A stretch of 64,000 nucleotides of DNA from an uncultured Verrucomicrobiae bacterium (GCA_963836755.1 CAWIKF010000002.1:1376001-1440000), one strand, 5' to 3'; positions 9,758 to 20,172 are shown, counted from the stretch's first letter. Made by a program: numbers and translations. Notes: a model not told the origin generated them from the letters alone.

Positions 9758-10615
9758 TTAATGCGTGATTACCGTCGGGCCGACGGAAGATTTCGTGCTC
9801 ACGACGCGCTCGGTGCCGCGCCGTGCGTTGATCACGAAATCATTGTTGTCGCCGTAGCGCGCCCACGGGCCGGGCGGGACCTCGCTGAACTCGACAAACT
9901 TCCAATCGCAAACATCGTGCATCGTCGACGCATTCAAGCCGAGATAGTCGCGCACCGCGGGCGAGACATCGAGTCCGGCGCCGTGGTTCAAGTTCCATTT
10001 CGGCCGATCGGTGCCGAAGACATACTCCCAATGGTCGGTGCGAAAAGGTCCGCAGTCCGACCATTGCGCATAGGCGACGCGGGTGCCCTTGCGGATCGCG
10101 ATCCAGCGATTGCGGCAAACAGACTGACCGAATTTCACATACGTCGCCTTGAACCATGGAATGACTTGCGGCGCCTCGGGCTTCGTCGTGCTGTGGGTCA
10201 CGTCGTTGTAAGGCAGCGCGCAGTAAAAGGGATTTTGACGCGGTATGAAATTCGCAGGGATGAAATCACGCCGCGCACTCGGATCGGGGTTATCGAAGCC
10301 GCCGAAATTGCGCTCCCAATCAGGATCCCACGCGCTGGTGCGGTTCGGCACCGGATTGTTAGCAGTCGGCAGTTCGCCGACCCAGAAAATTGTGGTCACG
10401 ATGTTCGATTTCCACGGGTAACGCCCGGCCGAGATCATTGGTCGTCCGGTGGTTGGGATGAAAACCTGCGGCTCGATTTTCAAGAGCGCGCTCTCGCGCA
10501 ATTTCATCGCGTATTTGGCAAAGTCCGAGCCGCTGGAATACGGCGATTGCGCACGCGCGGCGACGCCGCACGCGAGCAAAAAAGCTGCTGTAATGAAGAT
10601 GAGGGCCGCTTTCAT
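9758..10615 (-). CDS. Secreted hypothetical protein, possible RlpA-like double-psi beta-barrel
   Basis: Signal peptide MKAALIF; DCGPF...LDVSPAV pattern. Confidence 0.6.
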   Translation of the reverse strand: MKAALIFITAAFLLACGVAARAQSPYSSGSDFAKYAMKLRESALLKIEPQVFIPTTGRPMISAGRYPWKSNIVTTIFWVGELPTANNPVPNRTSAWDPDWERNFGGFDNPDPSARRDFIPANFIPRQNPFYCALPYNDVTHSTTKPEAPQVIPWFKATYVKFGQSVCRNRWIAIRKGTRVAYAQWSDCGPFRTDHWEYVFGTDRPKWNLNHGAGLDVSPAVRDYLGLNASTMHDVCDWKFVEFSEVPPGPWARYGDNNDFVINARRGTERVVSTKSSVGPTVITH

Positions 10616-10702
10616 TCCGGGAAGTCGCTTTGCCCTATAAGGCAGACCGCGCGATTCGTCCAGCCTTTTGGCCGCGCGCGGAACACAGTCGCGCGTCAAA
10701 CT

Positions 10703-12307
10703 TCAGAGCCGACGCAGCACCGTGTTTTTCGAAAAATGCGCGTCGTCGGTTTCCGCGTGATCGAGCGTAAAATGCAGGCCGCGGCTTTCCTTCCGCAGCG
10801 TCGCGCTGTCCACGATGAGCGCGGCGACTGTCGCGAGATTGCGCAGCTCGAGGAGGTCAGTTGTGATTTTGAAATTCCAGTAAAACTCCTGGATTTCGCG
10901 CTGCAAATTCCGCAGCCGATGCGCGGCTCGCTGCAGCCGTTTATCGGTGCGCACGATGCCGACGTAATCCCACATCAAGCGCCGGATTTCATCCCAGTTG
11001 TGGTAAATCACTACGAGCTCATCGACATCGCTGGCGACGCCGCTTTTCCATTCCGGCAGCTCGATTTCCGGCTCGCGAACCGCGCCAACCGGCTCATGCT
11101 TTTGCAAATGCCGGCACGCGCGCGCGGCCATTACGACTGCCTCGAGCAGCGAATTGCTTGCGAGCCGGTTCGCGCCGTGCAGACCGGTGCAGGCGACTTC
11201 GCCGATCGCGTAAAGCCCGCGCAGACTCGACGCTCCGTTCATGTCTGTTAAAACACCGCCGCACTGGTAATGCGCGGCCGGGACGACCGGGATTGGCTGC
11301 CGCGTGATGTCGATGCCGAGCCGCAGACAGGTGTCGTGGATATTTGGAAAACGCTCGCGCACGAACTCCGCCGGCTTGCTGCTGATGTCGAGATAAACGC
11401 AGCGCTCGCCAGTGCGTTTCATCTCCGCATCGATCGCGCGCGCCACCACATCGCGCGGCGCGAGCGCCTTTAGCGGATGATATTTTTGCATGAACTCCCG
11501 GCCTTTCGCGTCAATCAAAATCGCCCCTTCGCCGCGCACGGCTTCGCTGATCAAAAACGAGCGCGCCTCGGGATGAAAAAGACACGTCGGATGAAACTGG
11601 ATGAACTCCATGTTCGCGATCGATGCGCCGGCGCGCCACGCCATTGCCACGCCGTCGCCCGTCGCGACGGATGGATTCGTCGTGTAAAGATAAACCTTGC
11701 CGCAGCCGCCGGTCGCGAGGATCAGCCGGTCGCTGCGCAGCGTGAGGACGCTGCCTGTTTTTTCATCGAGCACGTAAACGCCAAGCGCGCGATCCTCAGT
11801 CGCGTAGCCGAGTTTGCCGGCGGTGATCAAATTCACGGCCATGTGATTTTCGAGCACGTCAATGTTTGCGTGCGCCTGCACCGCAGCCAAAAGCGCGCGC
11901 TCGATTTCGCGGCCGGTCACGTCGCGCGAATGCAGCACGCGCCGTTTCGAGTGGCCGCCCTCGCGGCCGAGATCGAGCTCCTTTTCGCCGCCGTCGAGCT
12001 CGCGTTCATCGAATTGCACACCGAGCTCCATCAGCTCGCGAACCCGCTCCGGCCCTTCCGTGACGATCGTGCGCACGGCGCTTTCGTCGCACAAACCGGC
12101 ACCAGCGGTGAGCGTGTCGTGCACGTGCAGGTCGAACGAATCTTCGACGCTGGTCACACAAGCGACACCACCTTGCGCATACGCCGTATTTGATTCAGAG
12201 GAAGCGCGCTTGGTGACAATCGCAACGGTTCCGAGCTCTGCGGCGCGTCTCGCGAAGCTCAACCCGGCGATCCCGCTGCCGATGACGATAAAGTCGCAGC
12301 GTTTCAT
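10703..12307 (-). CDS. nadB: L-aspartate oxidase
   Basis: GSGIAG, REGGHS, QFHPT, HGANRLASNSLLE. Confidence 0.96.
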   Translation of the reverse strand: MKRCDFIVIGSGIAGLSFARRAAELGTVAIVTKRASSESNTAYAQGGVACVTSVEDSFDLHVHDTLTAGAGLCDESAVRTIVTEGPERVRELMELGVQFDERELDGGEKELDLGREGGHSKRRVLHSRDVTGREIERALLAAVQAHANIDVLENHMAVNLITAGKLGYATEDRALGVYVLDEKTGSVLTLRSDRLILATGGCGKVYLYTTNPSVATGDGVAMAWRAGASIANMEFIQFHPTCLFHPEARSFLISEAVRGEGAILIDAKGREFMQKYHPLKALAPRDVVARAIDAEMKRTGERCVYLDISSKPAEFVRERFPNIHDTCLRLGIDITRQPIPVVPAAHYQCGGVLTDMNGASSLRGLYAIGEVACTGLHGANRLASNSLLEAVVMAARACRHLQKHEPVGAVREPEIELPEWKSGVASDVDELVVIYHNWDEIRRLMWDYVGIVRTDKRLQRAAHRLRNLQREIQEFYWNFKITTDLLELRNLATVAALIVDSATLRKESRGLHFTLDHAETDDAHFSKNTVLRRL

Positions 12308-13218
12308 TTTGCGGGAACGGCGATGTTGTCGATCAGTCGCGTGCGTCCGAAAAAAACTGCGGACATGATCCGTTTATTGTTTGTCTGCCGCGTCGCGGGC
12401 TGCAGCGTTTCCGCATCGACGACCTCGACGTAGTCAATTTTCGCCGCCGCCGATTCAGAGATGATTTTCACGACCTGCGCCTTCAGCGATTTCGGATCGA
12501 GCGTCTTCGCGCTGGCTGCCGCGCTCAACGCCCGCCAAATCACTGCTGCGTCCTTTCGCTGCGCGTCGCTGAGATATTCATTGCGCGAGCTGAGCGCGAG
12601 TCCGTCGGCTTCGCGCACGGTTGGCGCGCCGATGATTTTGATCGGGAAATTCAAGTCGCGCACCATGCGGCGGATGATCGCGAGCTGCTGGAAATCTTTT
12701 TCCCCAAACACTGCCGCGTCGGGCGCGACGATGTTAAACAACTTTGCGACAACCGTGCAAACGCCGCTGAAATGCCCGGATCGGGAAATGCCGCAGAAGC
12801 CAGCGCAGAGTTGCGACTCGACAACGCTTGTCGAAACGTCCGCTGCATACATCGCTTCGGCCGTCGGATGAAAAAGCATGTCGACGCCGCACTCTCGGCA
12901 GAGCGCCGCATCGCGCGCGAACGGCCGCGGATACGCGGAAAAATCCTCGTTCGGGCCAAACTGCGAGGGATTCACAAAGACGCTCGCGACGACCGAGCCG
13001 CGCGGTCCCGCAAGCCGGCGCGCGCGTTTCAAAAGTGCAGCGTGACCGGCATGCAGCGCGCCCATCGTCGGCACAAAAAACAGCGGGCGCACAGCGGCGC
13101 GGCACCATTTCGCCGCCGCCTTTGGCGAGCTGACGATGTTCAGCGGCGTCGACTTTGGCCGGGTCGCGGCACCACTGCGCGCGGACTTTTTTGCGCGAGA
13201 ACTCGGCCAGCTTTTCAT
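12304..13218 (-). CDS. panC: Pantoate-beta-alanine ligase
   Basis: VPTMGALHAGH, FGEKDFQQ, GLALSSRN, RLIDN. Confidence 0.96.
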   Translation of the reverse strand: MKSWPSSRAKKSARSGAATRPKSTPLNIVSSPKAAAKWCRAAVRPLFFVPTMGALHAGHAALLKRARRLAGPRGSVVASVFVNPSQFGPNEDFSAYPRPFARDAALCRECGVDMLFHPTAEAMYAADVSTSVVESQLCAGFCGISRSGHFSGVCTVVAKLFNIVAPDAAVFGEKDFQQLAIIRRMVRDLNFPIKIIGAPTVREADGLALSSRNEYLSDAQRKDAAVIWRALSAAASAKTLDPKSLKAQVVKIISESAAAKIDYVEVVDAETLQPATRQTNNKRIMSAVFFGRTRLIDNIAVPAK

Positions 13219-13296
13219 GAAATGGTGTTCTGCGCGAGACGCGAAAAAGACGATTGTCGGCGCGCAGTTTGCGCTTTAGTTTCTCCCTCCGCCGCC

Positions 13297-13370
13297 TGCC
13301 CCGTGGTGTAATGGTAGCACAGCAGATTTTGATTCTGCTTGTCTAGGTTCGAGTCCTGGCGGGGCAGCCA
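13297..13370 (+). tRNA. tRNA-Gln (anticodon TTG), CCA encoded
   Basis: tgccccg/cggggca acceptor, gcaga-ttTTGat-tctgc anticodon arm, GGTTCGAGTCC. Confidence 0.96.
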
Positions 13371-13490
13371 TCGGCGCCGGCGCGCGCCGTTTCTCTCGCC
13401 ACACTGCCGGAAAATGTAGCGTTTTCTGCGACTCGAATAGACTGGCGCGCGGTGCGGCATGAGGCTTGTGGTCTGCTTTTACACCACTGC

Positions 13491-13886
13491 ATGAAAATGA
13501 ACATCTCTTTGCGGCGGGGTTTTACCCTCGTTGAAATCATGATCGTTGTCGCCATCATCACGCTGCTCGCGTCGATTGCGGTGCCGAACTATATGCGGGC
13601 GCGGAAACGGGCGCAGGCGACGCGAATCCTCCAAGACCTGCGCGTTCTCGATGAAGCGCTCGATCAATATGCGATCGAGACTAACAAGATGTCCGGCGCA
13701 CATCCCGTCTTCGCCGATCTGAAGGCTTACATCAAAGCCGGCACGTCGCTTTACGCCACCGGCGCGGATCTTTTCGGCAACGCCTATCGCCCCTTCTCCG
13801 TCGATGCCGATCCGAAAGTTCCCGCGGCCACTTTCAGAGTTCTGTCCGACGTCGCGCCAGCCTCGTTCTGGTCGCCTTATAATTAG
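13491..13886 (+). CDS. Type IV pilin-like protein (copy 2)
   Basis: RRG-FTLVEIMIVVAII; same length as and colinear with copy 1. Confidence 0.9.
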   Translation: MKMNISLRRGFTLVEIMIVVAIITLLASIAVPNYMRARKRAQATRILQDLRVLDEALDQYAIETNKMSGAHPVFADLKAYIKAGTSLYATGADLFGNAYRPFSVDADPKVPAATFRVLSDVAPASFWSPYN

Positions 13887-13895
13887 GAGCAAAGT

Positions 13896-14507
13896 TCACC
13901 GCGCAGCCGCAGCGGCGTTCGGAAAAGTTTCGCTCCGCGCGCGCGTGGCGGCGAGACAAGCGCAGAAAAGCGCGGTAAAGAGCAGATCGCTCGCGAGCGT
14001 GTTTCGGAAAAACATCCACGCCGGCGGATAGCCGGGCTGGCCCACGGTCAGCGCTCGCCCGAGACCCGCGGCGGTTTGCGAATAAGCAGGATTACCGAGC
14101 CACGAAGCGGCATTTGTCACGATGTAAAAAATCGCCGAGCCCGCCAAACTTCCGAGCAGGATCAACACGAAGCGCGGCCGCGCGCGCAGCAGCAACCCTA
14201 GTCCGCCGATGAGCGCCAGCGCCGCATAGCGCGCGAGCATTTCCACGCTCAAAAGCGCCACGCCGTAATGCGCATTCAAAATCAAATCCGAAACGAACAT
14301 TGCCGCCAGCGGCAGCGCCAGCGCGAGTTTGCGCGGAAAATAAATCGCGCCGCAAAGCGCGATCGCTGCGAGCGGAGCAAAGTTCGGCAGCCAGTGCGTT
14401 TCGCCGCTGAAGCCGGTGATCAGCCGCCACGCAATCGCGACGACAAAAAGAAGGAGCACCGCGATTTTTTCCGCGCGGCTGGATGAAACGTGGCTCATGC
14501 GGCGCAT
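13896..14507 (-). CDS. Membrane protein, DUF6580/BtuM-like putative vitamin transporter
   Basis: PNFAPLAAIALCGAIY, FYIVTN...W, FFRNTL; multiple TM segments. Confidence 0.65.
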   Translation of the reverse strand: MRRMSHVSSSRAEKIAVLLLFVVAIAWRLITGFSGETHWLPNFAPLAAIALCGAIYFPRKLALALPLAAMFVSDLILNAHYGVALLSVEMLARYAALALIGGLGLLLRARPRFVLILLGSLAGSAIFYIVTNAASWLGNPAYSQTAAGLGRALTVGQPGYPPAWMFFRNTLASDLLFTALFCACLAATRARSETFPNAAAAAR

Positions 14508-14508
14508 C

Positions 14509-15309
14509 CTACTGCAAATATTGCATGCTGCCTACCGGAGAAATGCGGCCGATGTTCACGCCGCTCAGCCGCGTGTCCGCCGTGCCCGGCCAGAGCGGCA
14601 TCGACTCGACGTGCCCATCGAGGAACAGCAGATTTGCCATCGAGCCGTGGCGGAAGTGAACGCTCTTCGAGCTGTTGTCGATGATGTAAAATTCCTCGAT
14701 CATCGGATTTTTCCCCGAAGCCGGCGCCTGGAAAGTATTCACCTGCGCGCAGTCGCCGAAAAGAATCACCTGCGAGGGCCGCGCGAGCGCGAGCACATTT
14801 GCCTGCGAGAGAAAAGTATTGAAGCCGTAGCCCCAGCTCGCGCCTTTATACTTCGGCTTCCACGACGCGAGCGCATACGGAAACGCCGGGCAAACTTCCA
14901 CGCCGCCCACGTCCTGGACGTAGCGATAAAGCGGCCCCTGCGTCTCGTCGATCACGCGCTGGCCTTCCGCTGAACTCAGGCTCGCGCTCGTCTCGTAGCC
15001 AAAATACCAAAGCCGGCCTCCCGGCGCGGCGAGCGAATAGGAAAAAAGTCGGTTGTCGTGGTCGTTGAGATAAAGCCGAGTCGCGACGGAAAGCTGCCGC
15101 AGACTGTTCGCGCAATGCGCCGACTGCGCCACCGAACGCATCCGCCCGAGCGACGGCATCAGCAAGCCCGCCATCACCGCAATGATCGAGACGACGACAA
15201 GCAGCTCGATCAAAGTAAATGCGCAAGCAGCGTCCAATCGATGGCGTAAAACTTTTACCGAAAACGCCTCGAGCCGCGCAATTCTTGAGGTCCGTTTTTG
15301 CTCGAGCAT
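14509..15309 (-). CDS. Prepilin-type N-terminal and H-X9-DG domain protein (start uncertain)
   Basis: AFTLIELLVVVSII, CANSLRQL, FRHGSMANLLFLDGH. Confidence 0.88.
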   Translation of the reverse strand: MLEQKRTSRIARLEAFSVKVLRHRLDAACAFTLIELLVVVSIIAVMAGLLMPSLGRMRSVAQSAHCANSLRQLSVATRLYLNDHDNRLFSYSLAAPGGRLWYFGYETSASLSSAEGQRVIDETQGPLYRYVQDVGGVEVCPAFPYALASWKPKYKGASWGYGFNTFLSQANVLALARPSQVILFGDCAQVNTFQAPASGKNPMIEEFYIIDNSSKSVHFRHGSMANLLFLDGHVESMPLWPGTADTRLSGVNIGRISPVGSMQYLQ

Positions 15310-15422
15310 CGGGCGAGGCTAGCGCGCCTCAGCCGAGCTCGCAAAGCGCGAACTTCCGCGAGAAAAATCTGAAAATTTCTCGCGCCGGCGCGACGGGCAA
15401 TTAAGCTGCGTCCGTTTTTCAC

Positions 15423-16697
15423 ATGCGCATCCTCCGCCACACCGATCCCGATTTTGCCCGCGCACTGAAGACCTTGCAACGGCGCGCGGAGCCGGCCGCG
15501 GACGTCGAGGCCGTGGTGCGCGAAATCATCGCGGCGGTGCGGACGCGCGGCGATGCGGCGGTGCGGGAGTTCACGGAAAAATTTGGCGGGCCGCGGCTGC
15601 GGGAATTGCGCGTGAGCACGGAGGAGTTGCGCGCGGCGCAAACCGGCGTCGATGCGAAGGCGAAGGCCGCGATTGCGCTGGCGCACGCGAACGTCCTCGA
15701 TTTCGCGCGGCGGAGTTTGCGGAAAAACTGGAGCGCGAAAAACAAACAGGGCGTGCAAGTCGGCGAGCGTTTCGATCCGTTTCAGCGCGTCGGGATTTAC
15801 GTGCCGGGCGGAACGGCGCCGCTGGTTTCGAGCGCGATTATGACGTGCACATTGGCTGCGGCGGCGGGCGTGCCGGAGATCGTGGTGACGACGCCCGCCG
15901 ACAAAAAAGGCGCGGTCAACGCGGCGTTGCTTTACGCGCTGCAATTCGCCGGCGCGACCGAGATTTACAAAATCGGCGGCGCTCAAGCGGTCGCCGCGCT
16001 CGCGTTTGGCACGGCGGCGATTGCGCCGGTGCTGAAAATTTTCGGGCCGGGGAATGCGTATGTCGTCGAGGCGAAGCGGCAGACTTTTGGCCGCGTCGCC
16101 ATCGATTTGTTGCCGGGGCCAAGCGAAATTTTGATCATCGCCGACCGCACCGCGCAACCGGCGTGGATCGCCGCCGACATGCTCGCTCAGGCGGAGCACG
16201 GCCACGGCAGCGTCGTGGTATTCGCGACCGACTCCGCCACGCTGTTAAAAAGTGTGCAACGCGAGTTTGACGCGCAGTTTCGCGCACTCACGCGCCAGAC
16301 GCACCTCGCGGAGGCGTCCACTTTTTTTGTGCTCGTGAAAACGATGGCCGATGCCGTGCGGCTCGCGAACGACTTTGCGCCCGAGCATCTGTCGATCGTG
16401 GCGAAGAACGACGAAAAGCTCGCGGCGCAAATCCGGACGAGCGGCGCCATTTTTCTCGGCGCGCTGTCGCCGGTGGTCGGCGGGGATTTCGTCGCGGGGC
16501 CGAGTCACGAACTGCCGACAGGCGGCGCGGGCAAATCTTTCGCCGGTTTAACAGTGGATCAATTCCAGCGCCGCACGAGCATCGTCCGCTTTGACGAAAA
16601 ATCTCTGCGGAAATCTTTGCCGGCGATTGGAACTTTTAGCGCGATCGAAGGCCTCGACGCGCACGGGCGCTCGGCTGCGATCCGGCTCGAAAGTTGA
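15423..16697 (+). CDS. hisD: Histidinol dehydrogenase
   Basis: GIYVPGG, GPGNAYV, GPSE, QAEH, APEHL, GPSHELPT. Confidence 0.97.
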   Translation: MRILRHTDPDFARALKTLQRRAEPAADVEAVVREIIAAVRTRGDAAVREFTEKFGGPRLRELRVSTEELRAAQTGVDAKAKAAIALAHANVLDFARRSLRKNWSAKNKQGVQVGERFDPFQRVGIYVPGGTAPLVSSAIMTCTLAAAAGVPEIVVTTPADKKGAVNAALLYALQFAGATEIYKIGGAQAVAALAFGTAAIAPVLKIFGPGNAYVVEAKRQTFGRVAIDLLPGPSEILIIADRTAQPAWIAADMLAQAEHGHGSVVVFATDSATLLKSVQREFDAQFRALTRQTHLAEASTFFVLVKTMADAVRLANDFAPEHLSIVAKNDEKLAAQIRTSGAIFLGALSPVVGGDFVAGPSHELPTGGAGKSFAGLTVDQFQRRTSIVRFDEKSLRKSLPAIGTFSAIEGLDAHGRSAAIRLES

Positions 16698-16718
16698 TGC
16701 GTCGCCCGCGAACCAGCT

Positions 16719-18101
16719 TCAGAGCAAGCTTCCGCGCAAGATGATCAGCGCGATGTTGAAATAAATCAGCAGCCCCGTCACGTCGACGAGCGTCGCGACG
16801 AGCGGCGCGGACGAGGTCGCCGGGTCGAGCCCGCAGCGGCGCAAAATGAACGGCAGCATCCCGCCGACGAGCGAGCCCCAGAGCACCACGCCGACGAGCG
16901 CGCAGCCGACGACGCTGGCGATATACCAGTGATACGGCCCGAAGTTATGAAAGTGGAGCGCTTGCCAAAGCGAGATACGCAGAAAACCGACGCAGCCCAA
17001 AATCACACCCAGGAAAAATCCGGACAGCAGCTCCTTTCGCATCACGCGAAACCAATCGCGCAACCGCACTTCGCCGACGGCCATTGCGCGGATGATGAGC
17101 GTTGTTGCCTGCGAGCCGGAGTTGCCGCCGCTGGAGATGATTAGCGGCAAAAAAAGCGAAAGCACCGTGGCTTTTGCAACCAAACCTTCGTAGTTTGTCA
17201 TCGCAGTCGTGGTTAACGTTTCGCCGACGAAAAGCAGCACGAGCCACGTCGCCCGTTTTTTCACCATGCGCCAAAGCGAGATTGTGGTGTAGGGCTCGTC
17301 AAGTGCTTCGAGACCGCCCAATTTCTGGATTTCCTCGGTCGCTTTTTCTTCTGCGATGTCGAGCACGTCGTCGATGGTGACGATCCCGACGAGCCGTCCG
17401 TCCGAGTCGACGACCGGCAAAGTCGTGCGGTCGTATTTCTTAAAAATGGCGACCGCGTCACGCTCGAGATCGGTGACTTTTAACGCGATGAATTCCTCGT
17501 CTCGAAGGTCGCGCACTCTCGCCTTGAGCGGCTTCAGCAGGAACTCGCGGATGCGCACGTCGTCGATCAAATTCCCGCGGTCGTCCACGACATAAATCAC
17601 GTTGAGCGTCTCGCTGTCGTTGCCGAATTCGCGGATGTGCGCGAGCACTTCCTGCACCGTCCAGTCGTCATGCACCGCGACGAAATCGGGCGTCATCAAG
17701 CGGCCGATGCTTCCCTCCGGATAGTTCAGCAGCGACTGCGCGATGGCGCGTTCGCCGGGCGAAAGGTCGCGCAGCAGTTGTGTGACTACATTTGACGGAA
17801 GTTCCTCAAGCAGCGCAGTCCGATCATCCGCGGACATCTGGTTGAGGATTTTCGCCGTCTCCTCGAGGCCCATCGCGTGCAGCAGGTTCTTTTGCTGGTC
17901 GATGCGCAGATATTCAAACGTGTCCGTCGCCGTTTGATGCGGCAGCAGGCGAAAGACGATGACCTGCTCGTTTTCCGGCAGCTCTGAAATCAGCTCGGCG
18001 AGATCGGCCGGCGGCCAGTCGGCGAAAACTTCGCGCAAGGCGACAAAGTTCTTGGTCTCGATGAGTTCCTTGATTTCAGGTTCGAAGAGATTGCCGAACA
18101 T
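16719..18101 (-). CDS. mgtE: Magnesium transporter MgtE
   Basis: N domain, CBS pair, SGGNSGSQ, DPATSSAPLVATLVDVTG. Confidence 0.96.
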   Translation of the reverse strand: MFGNLFEPEIKELIETKNFVALREVFADWPPADLAELISELPENEQVIVFRLLPHQTATDTFEYLRIDQQKNLLHAMGLEETAKILNQMSADDRTALLEELPSNVVTQLLRDLSPGERAIAQSLLNYPEGSIGRLMTPDFVAVHDDWTVQEVLAHIREFGNDSETLNVIYVVDDRGNLIDDVRIREFLLKPLKARVRDLRDEEFIALKVTDLERDAVAIFKKYDRTTLPVVDSDGRLVGIVTIDDVLDIAEEKATEEIQKLGGLEALDEPYTTISLWRMVKKRATWLVLLFVGETLTTTAMTNYEGLVAKATVLSLFLPLIISSGGNSGSQATTLIIRAMAVGEVRLRDWFRVMRKELLSGFFLGVILGCVGFLRISLWQALHFHNFGPYHWYIASVVGCALVGVVLWGSLVGGMLPFILRRCGLDPATSSAPLVATLVDVTGLLIYFNIALIILRGSLL

Positions 18102-18184
18102 GTTGGGTTTCTTGCCGGGGCGGGCGGTAGAAAGCCACACAAAAATTTCGCGGCGGGAAGCACTTCCGCTGCGAGTCGCGCGGA

Positions 18185-19075
18185 TTAGTTTGCGCCGGCC
18201 GCGTGCAGTTCGTCGGCGCTGAAAAAGTTGCACTTTTTCACCAGCTCCTGCCCGCGCTGGCTGAGCATGAAATCGATCACAACTTTCACGTTGAGAGTCG
18301 GCCGGTCATTGACCACGAGATAGAGCGGCTGCGTCATCGCGTATTTTTTCGTGGCAACATTTTTCACCGACGCGTCGATCGCCGCGCCATTCTCGGATAG
18401 CGCGAGTGCGAAACTTTTTTTGCCATCGACCGCGCGCGCGTCGATCAGCGTGATCGCGCCCGGCTGCGAGCTCAAAATTTGCAGCGCCTCGGCGTCGTCG
18501 GCCACGGTCGGGAAATGCGCGGCCGGCAGGCGGCTGGTGTCCGTGGAAATCCATGCGGTGAAAATTTTCCACGCGCTTTGTTCTTCGACCGGATCGTAAA
18601 ACGCGATTTTCTCGTCGGGCCCGCCGAGTTGGCGCCAGTTTTTTGTGGTGGCAAAATAGATCCCGCGCGCATCGGTCCTGGTGATTTGATGCACGCCGTG
18701 TTCCCAGACGTCGGCCGAGACGCCGAACGCGACGACCTGCTCGCCGAGGTAATATTCCGTGAAAGCGACATCGGGATAATCCGAGCGCTCGGTGCCGGAG
18801 ATCGCGTGGGTCGTCATGGCGATTTGAGCGACGCCGTTGCCGAGCGCCGCGATGCCGGCCGCGCCGCCACCCTCGGTGGTGATATCGATTTTCAGACTTT
18901 TTTCCTTTTGAAGGATTTCCGCGGCTTCGCTCATCACGGTGTTGACGACGGGCGAGCCTGCGATTTTCACCTGCGCTTGCGCGGCCGATGCCAGCAGCGC
19001 GAGAAACGCGGCGCCGATTGCGAGCCCACGTGCCGTGCGTGATTTGGGGAGAACGGCGGGCGCTGATTTGTTCAT
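18185..19075 (-). CDS. PstS-like periplasmic substrate-binding protein
   Basis: Signal peptide, GGGAAGIAAL, NWRQLGGPD, FMLSQRGQ. Confidence 0.75.
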   Translation of the reverse strand: MNKSAPAVLPKSRTARGLAIGAAFLALLASAAQAQVKIAGSPVVNTVMSEAAEILQKEKSLKIDITTEGGGAAGIAALGNGVAQIAMTTHAISGTERSDYPDVAFTEYYLGEQVVAFGVSADVWEHGVHQITRTDARGIYFATTKNWRQLGGPDEKIAFYDPVEEQSAWKIFTAWISTDTSRLPAAHFPTVADDAEALQILSSQPGAITLIDARAVDGKKSFALALSENGAAIDASVKNVATKKYAMTQPLYLVVNDRPTLNVKVVIDFMLSQRGQELVKKCNFFSADELHAAGAN

Positions 19076-19139
19076 TCGGCGCGAAAGCTAAAGAGCGCGG
19101 TCGCAAAAGCAAGGCCGGCGCGGCGGATTCGCCGTGCCG

Positions 19140-19328
19140 GGGGGCGGGTTCGCCGAACGGCTGAAAGGAGTAGCCGAATCGCTGGAGGGATTAGGCGGAT
19201 TACTGGAAGGAGCGATCGAATGGCTGGAGGGAGCGATCGAATGGCTGGAAGGAGCCATCGAATGGCTGGAGGGAGTGATTGAATGGCTGGAGGGAGCAAG
19301 CGAATGGCTGGAGGGAGTAGCCGCACGA
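19140..19328. repeat. Intergenic tandem array of about 9 degenerate 21-bp units
   Basis: Consensus ctggagggagcgatcgaatgg; units at 19161, 19182, 19203, 19224, 19245, 19266, 19287, 19308. Confidence 0.92.
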
Positions 19329-19395
19329 CCGGAACAGCTTGCGGACACTACTTTACGCAGCAATTCCGGCGCAGGCGCCCCTTTTGTTCTCCTAT

Positions 19396-20025
19396 TTAAA
19401 GGAGACCTGGCGCCGCCAGCCACGTCCGCGCGATCAACATGTGGCCGCTGCTCGACGGATGCACCCCATCGGGCGCCCAATCGATGTCCGCCCGCTCGCG
19501 CCGCGCATCTTCAAAGGCCGCGTGCAGCGGGACGACGAGGATGCCGGGATGTTTCACGGCGATGGCGCGGACGGCGAAAATGTAGGGCTGGAGCTTTTCC
19601 GTGCCCTCGAACGGTTGCGGCGGCCAGATGACGCTCGGCTCGCACAGGATGATCTGGCAGGCGGGCAGCAGCACGCGCGTTTGCGTGACGAGGTCGTCAT
19701 AGACGCGTGTGAAACGCTCGAGATCGACGCCCTCGTTTTTGCCGCCGAGGTTGTGCCAGACGTCGTTGATGCCGATTTTGATGGAAAGAATGTCGGGCGA
19801 ATGGTCGAGCACGTCGCGCTGCCAGCGGTCGGCGAGGTTGGTGACGCGATCGCCGCTGATGCCGGTGTTGACGACGTCGGGCGCGGAGGCGGGATTTTTT
19901 GCGCGCAAATAGTCGCGCACGATCCGCACAAAGCCGTGGCCGACTTTTTCGGGATCTTCGCGACGGCCGCAGTCGGTGATGCTGTCGCCGATGAAGAGAA
20001 GCTTGGTGGTGGCAGTGAGGTTCAC
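19396..20025 (-). CDS. SGNH/GDSL hydrolase
   Basis: FIGDSIT, GISG, GIND, DGVHP. Confidence 0.93.
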   Translation of the reverse strand: MNLTATTKLLFIGDSITDCGRREDPEKVGHGFVRIVRDYLRAKNPASAPDVVNTGISGDRVTNLADRWQRDVLDHSPDILSIKIGINDVWHNLGGKNEGVDLERFTRVYDDLVTQTRVLLPACQIILCEPSVIWPPQPFEGTEKLQPYIFAVRAIAVKHPGILVVPLHAAFEDARRERADIDWAPDGVHPSSSGHMLIARTWLAAPGLL

Positions 20026-20172
20026 GATTTTTCTGTAAAAACTTTAACGCGCGGAGCGTGACGGTTGCGCCTCTTTTTTGCCAACTCCAATCCTCAGGAT
20101 TCCCCCTAAATGGCGTAAAAGTTACTGCCACTCGCGACCGCCTTGCCTGCCAACCGCGTTCCTTTTTTGCAT

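Noticed and set aside
13297..13370. tRNA as an island integration site
   Set aside because: No duplicated 3' end or integrase seen nearby
15310..15422. Cobalamin riboswitch ahead of the BtuM-like gene pair
   Set aside because: No B12 box recognisable and the gap is short
19140..19328. CRISPR array
   Set aside because: Units are contiguous without unique spacers; no cas genes in window
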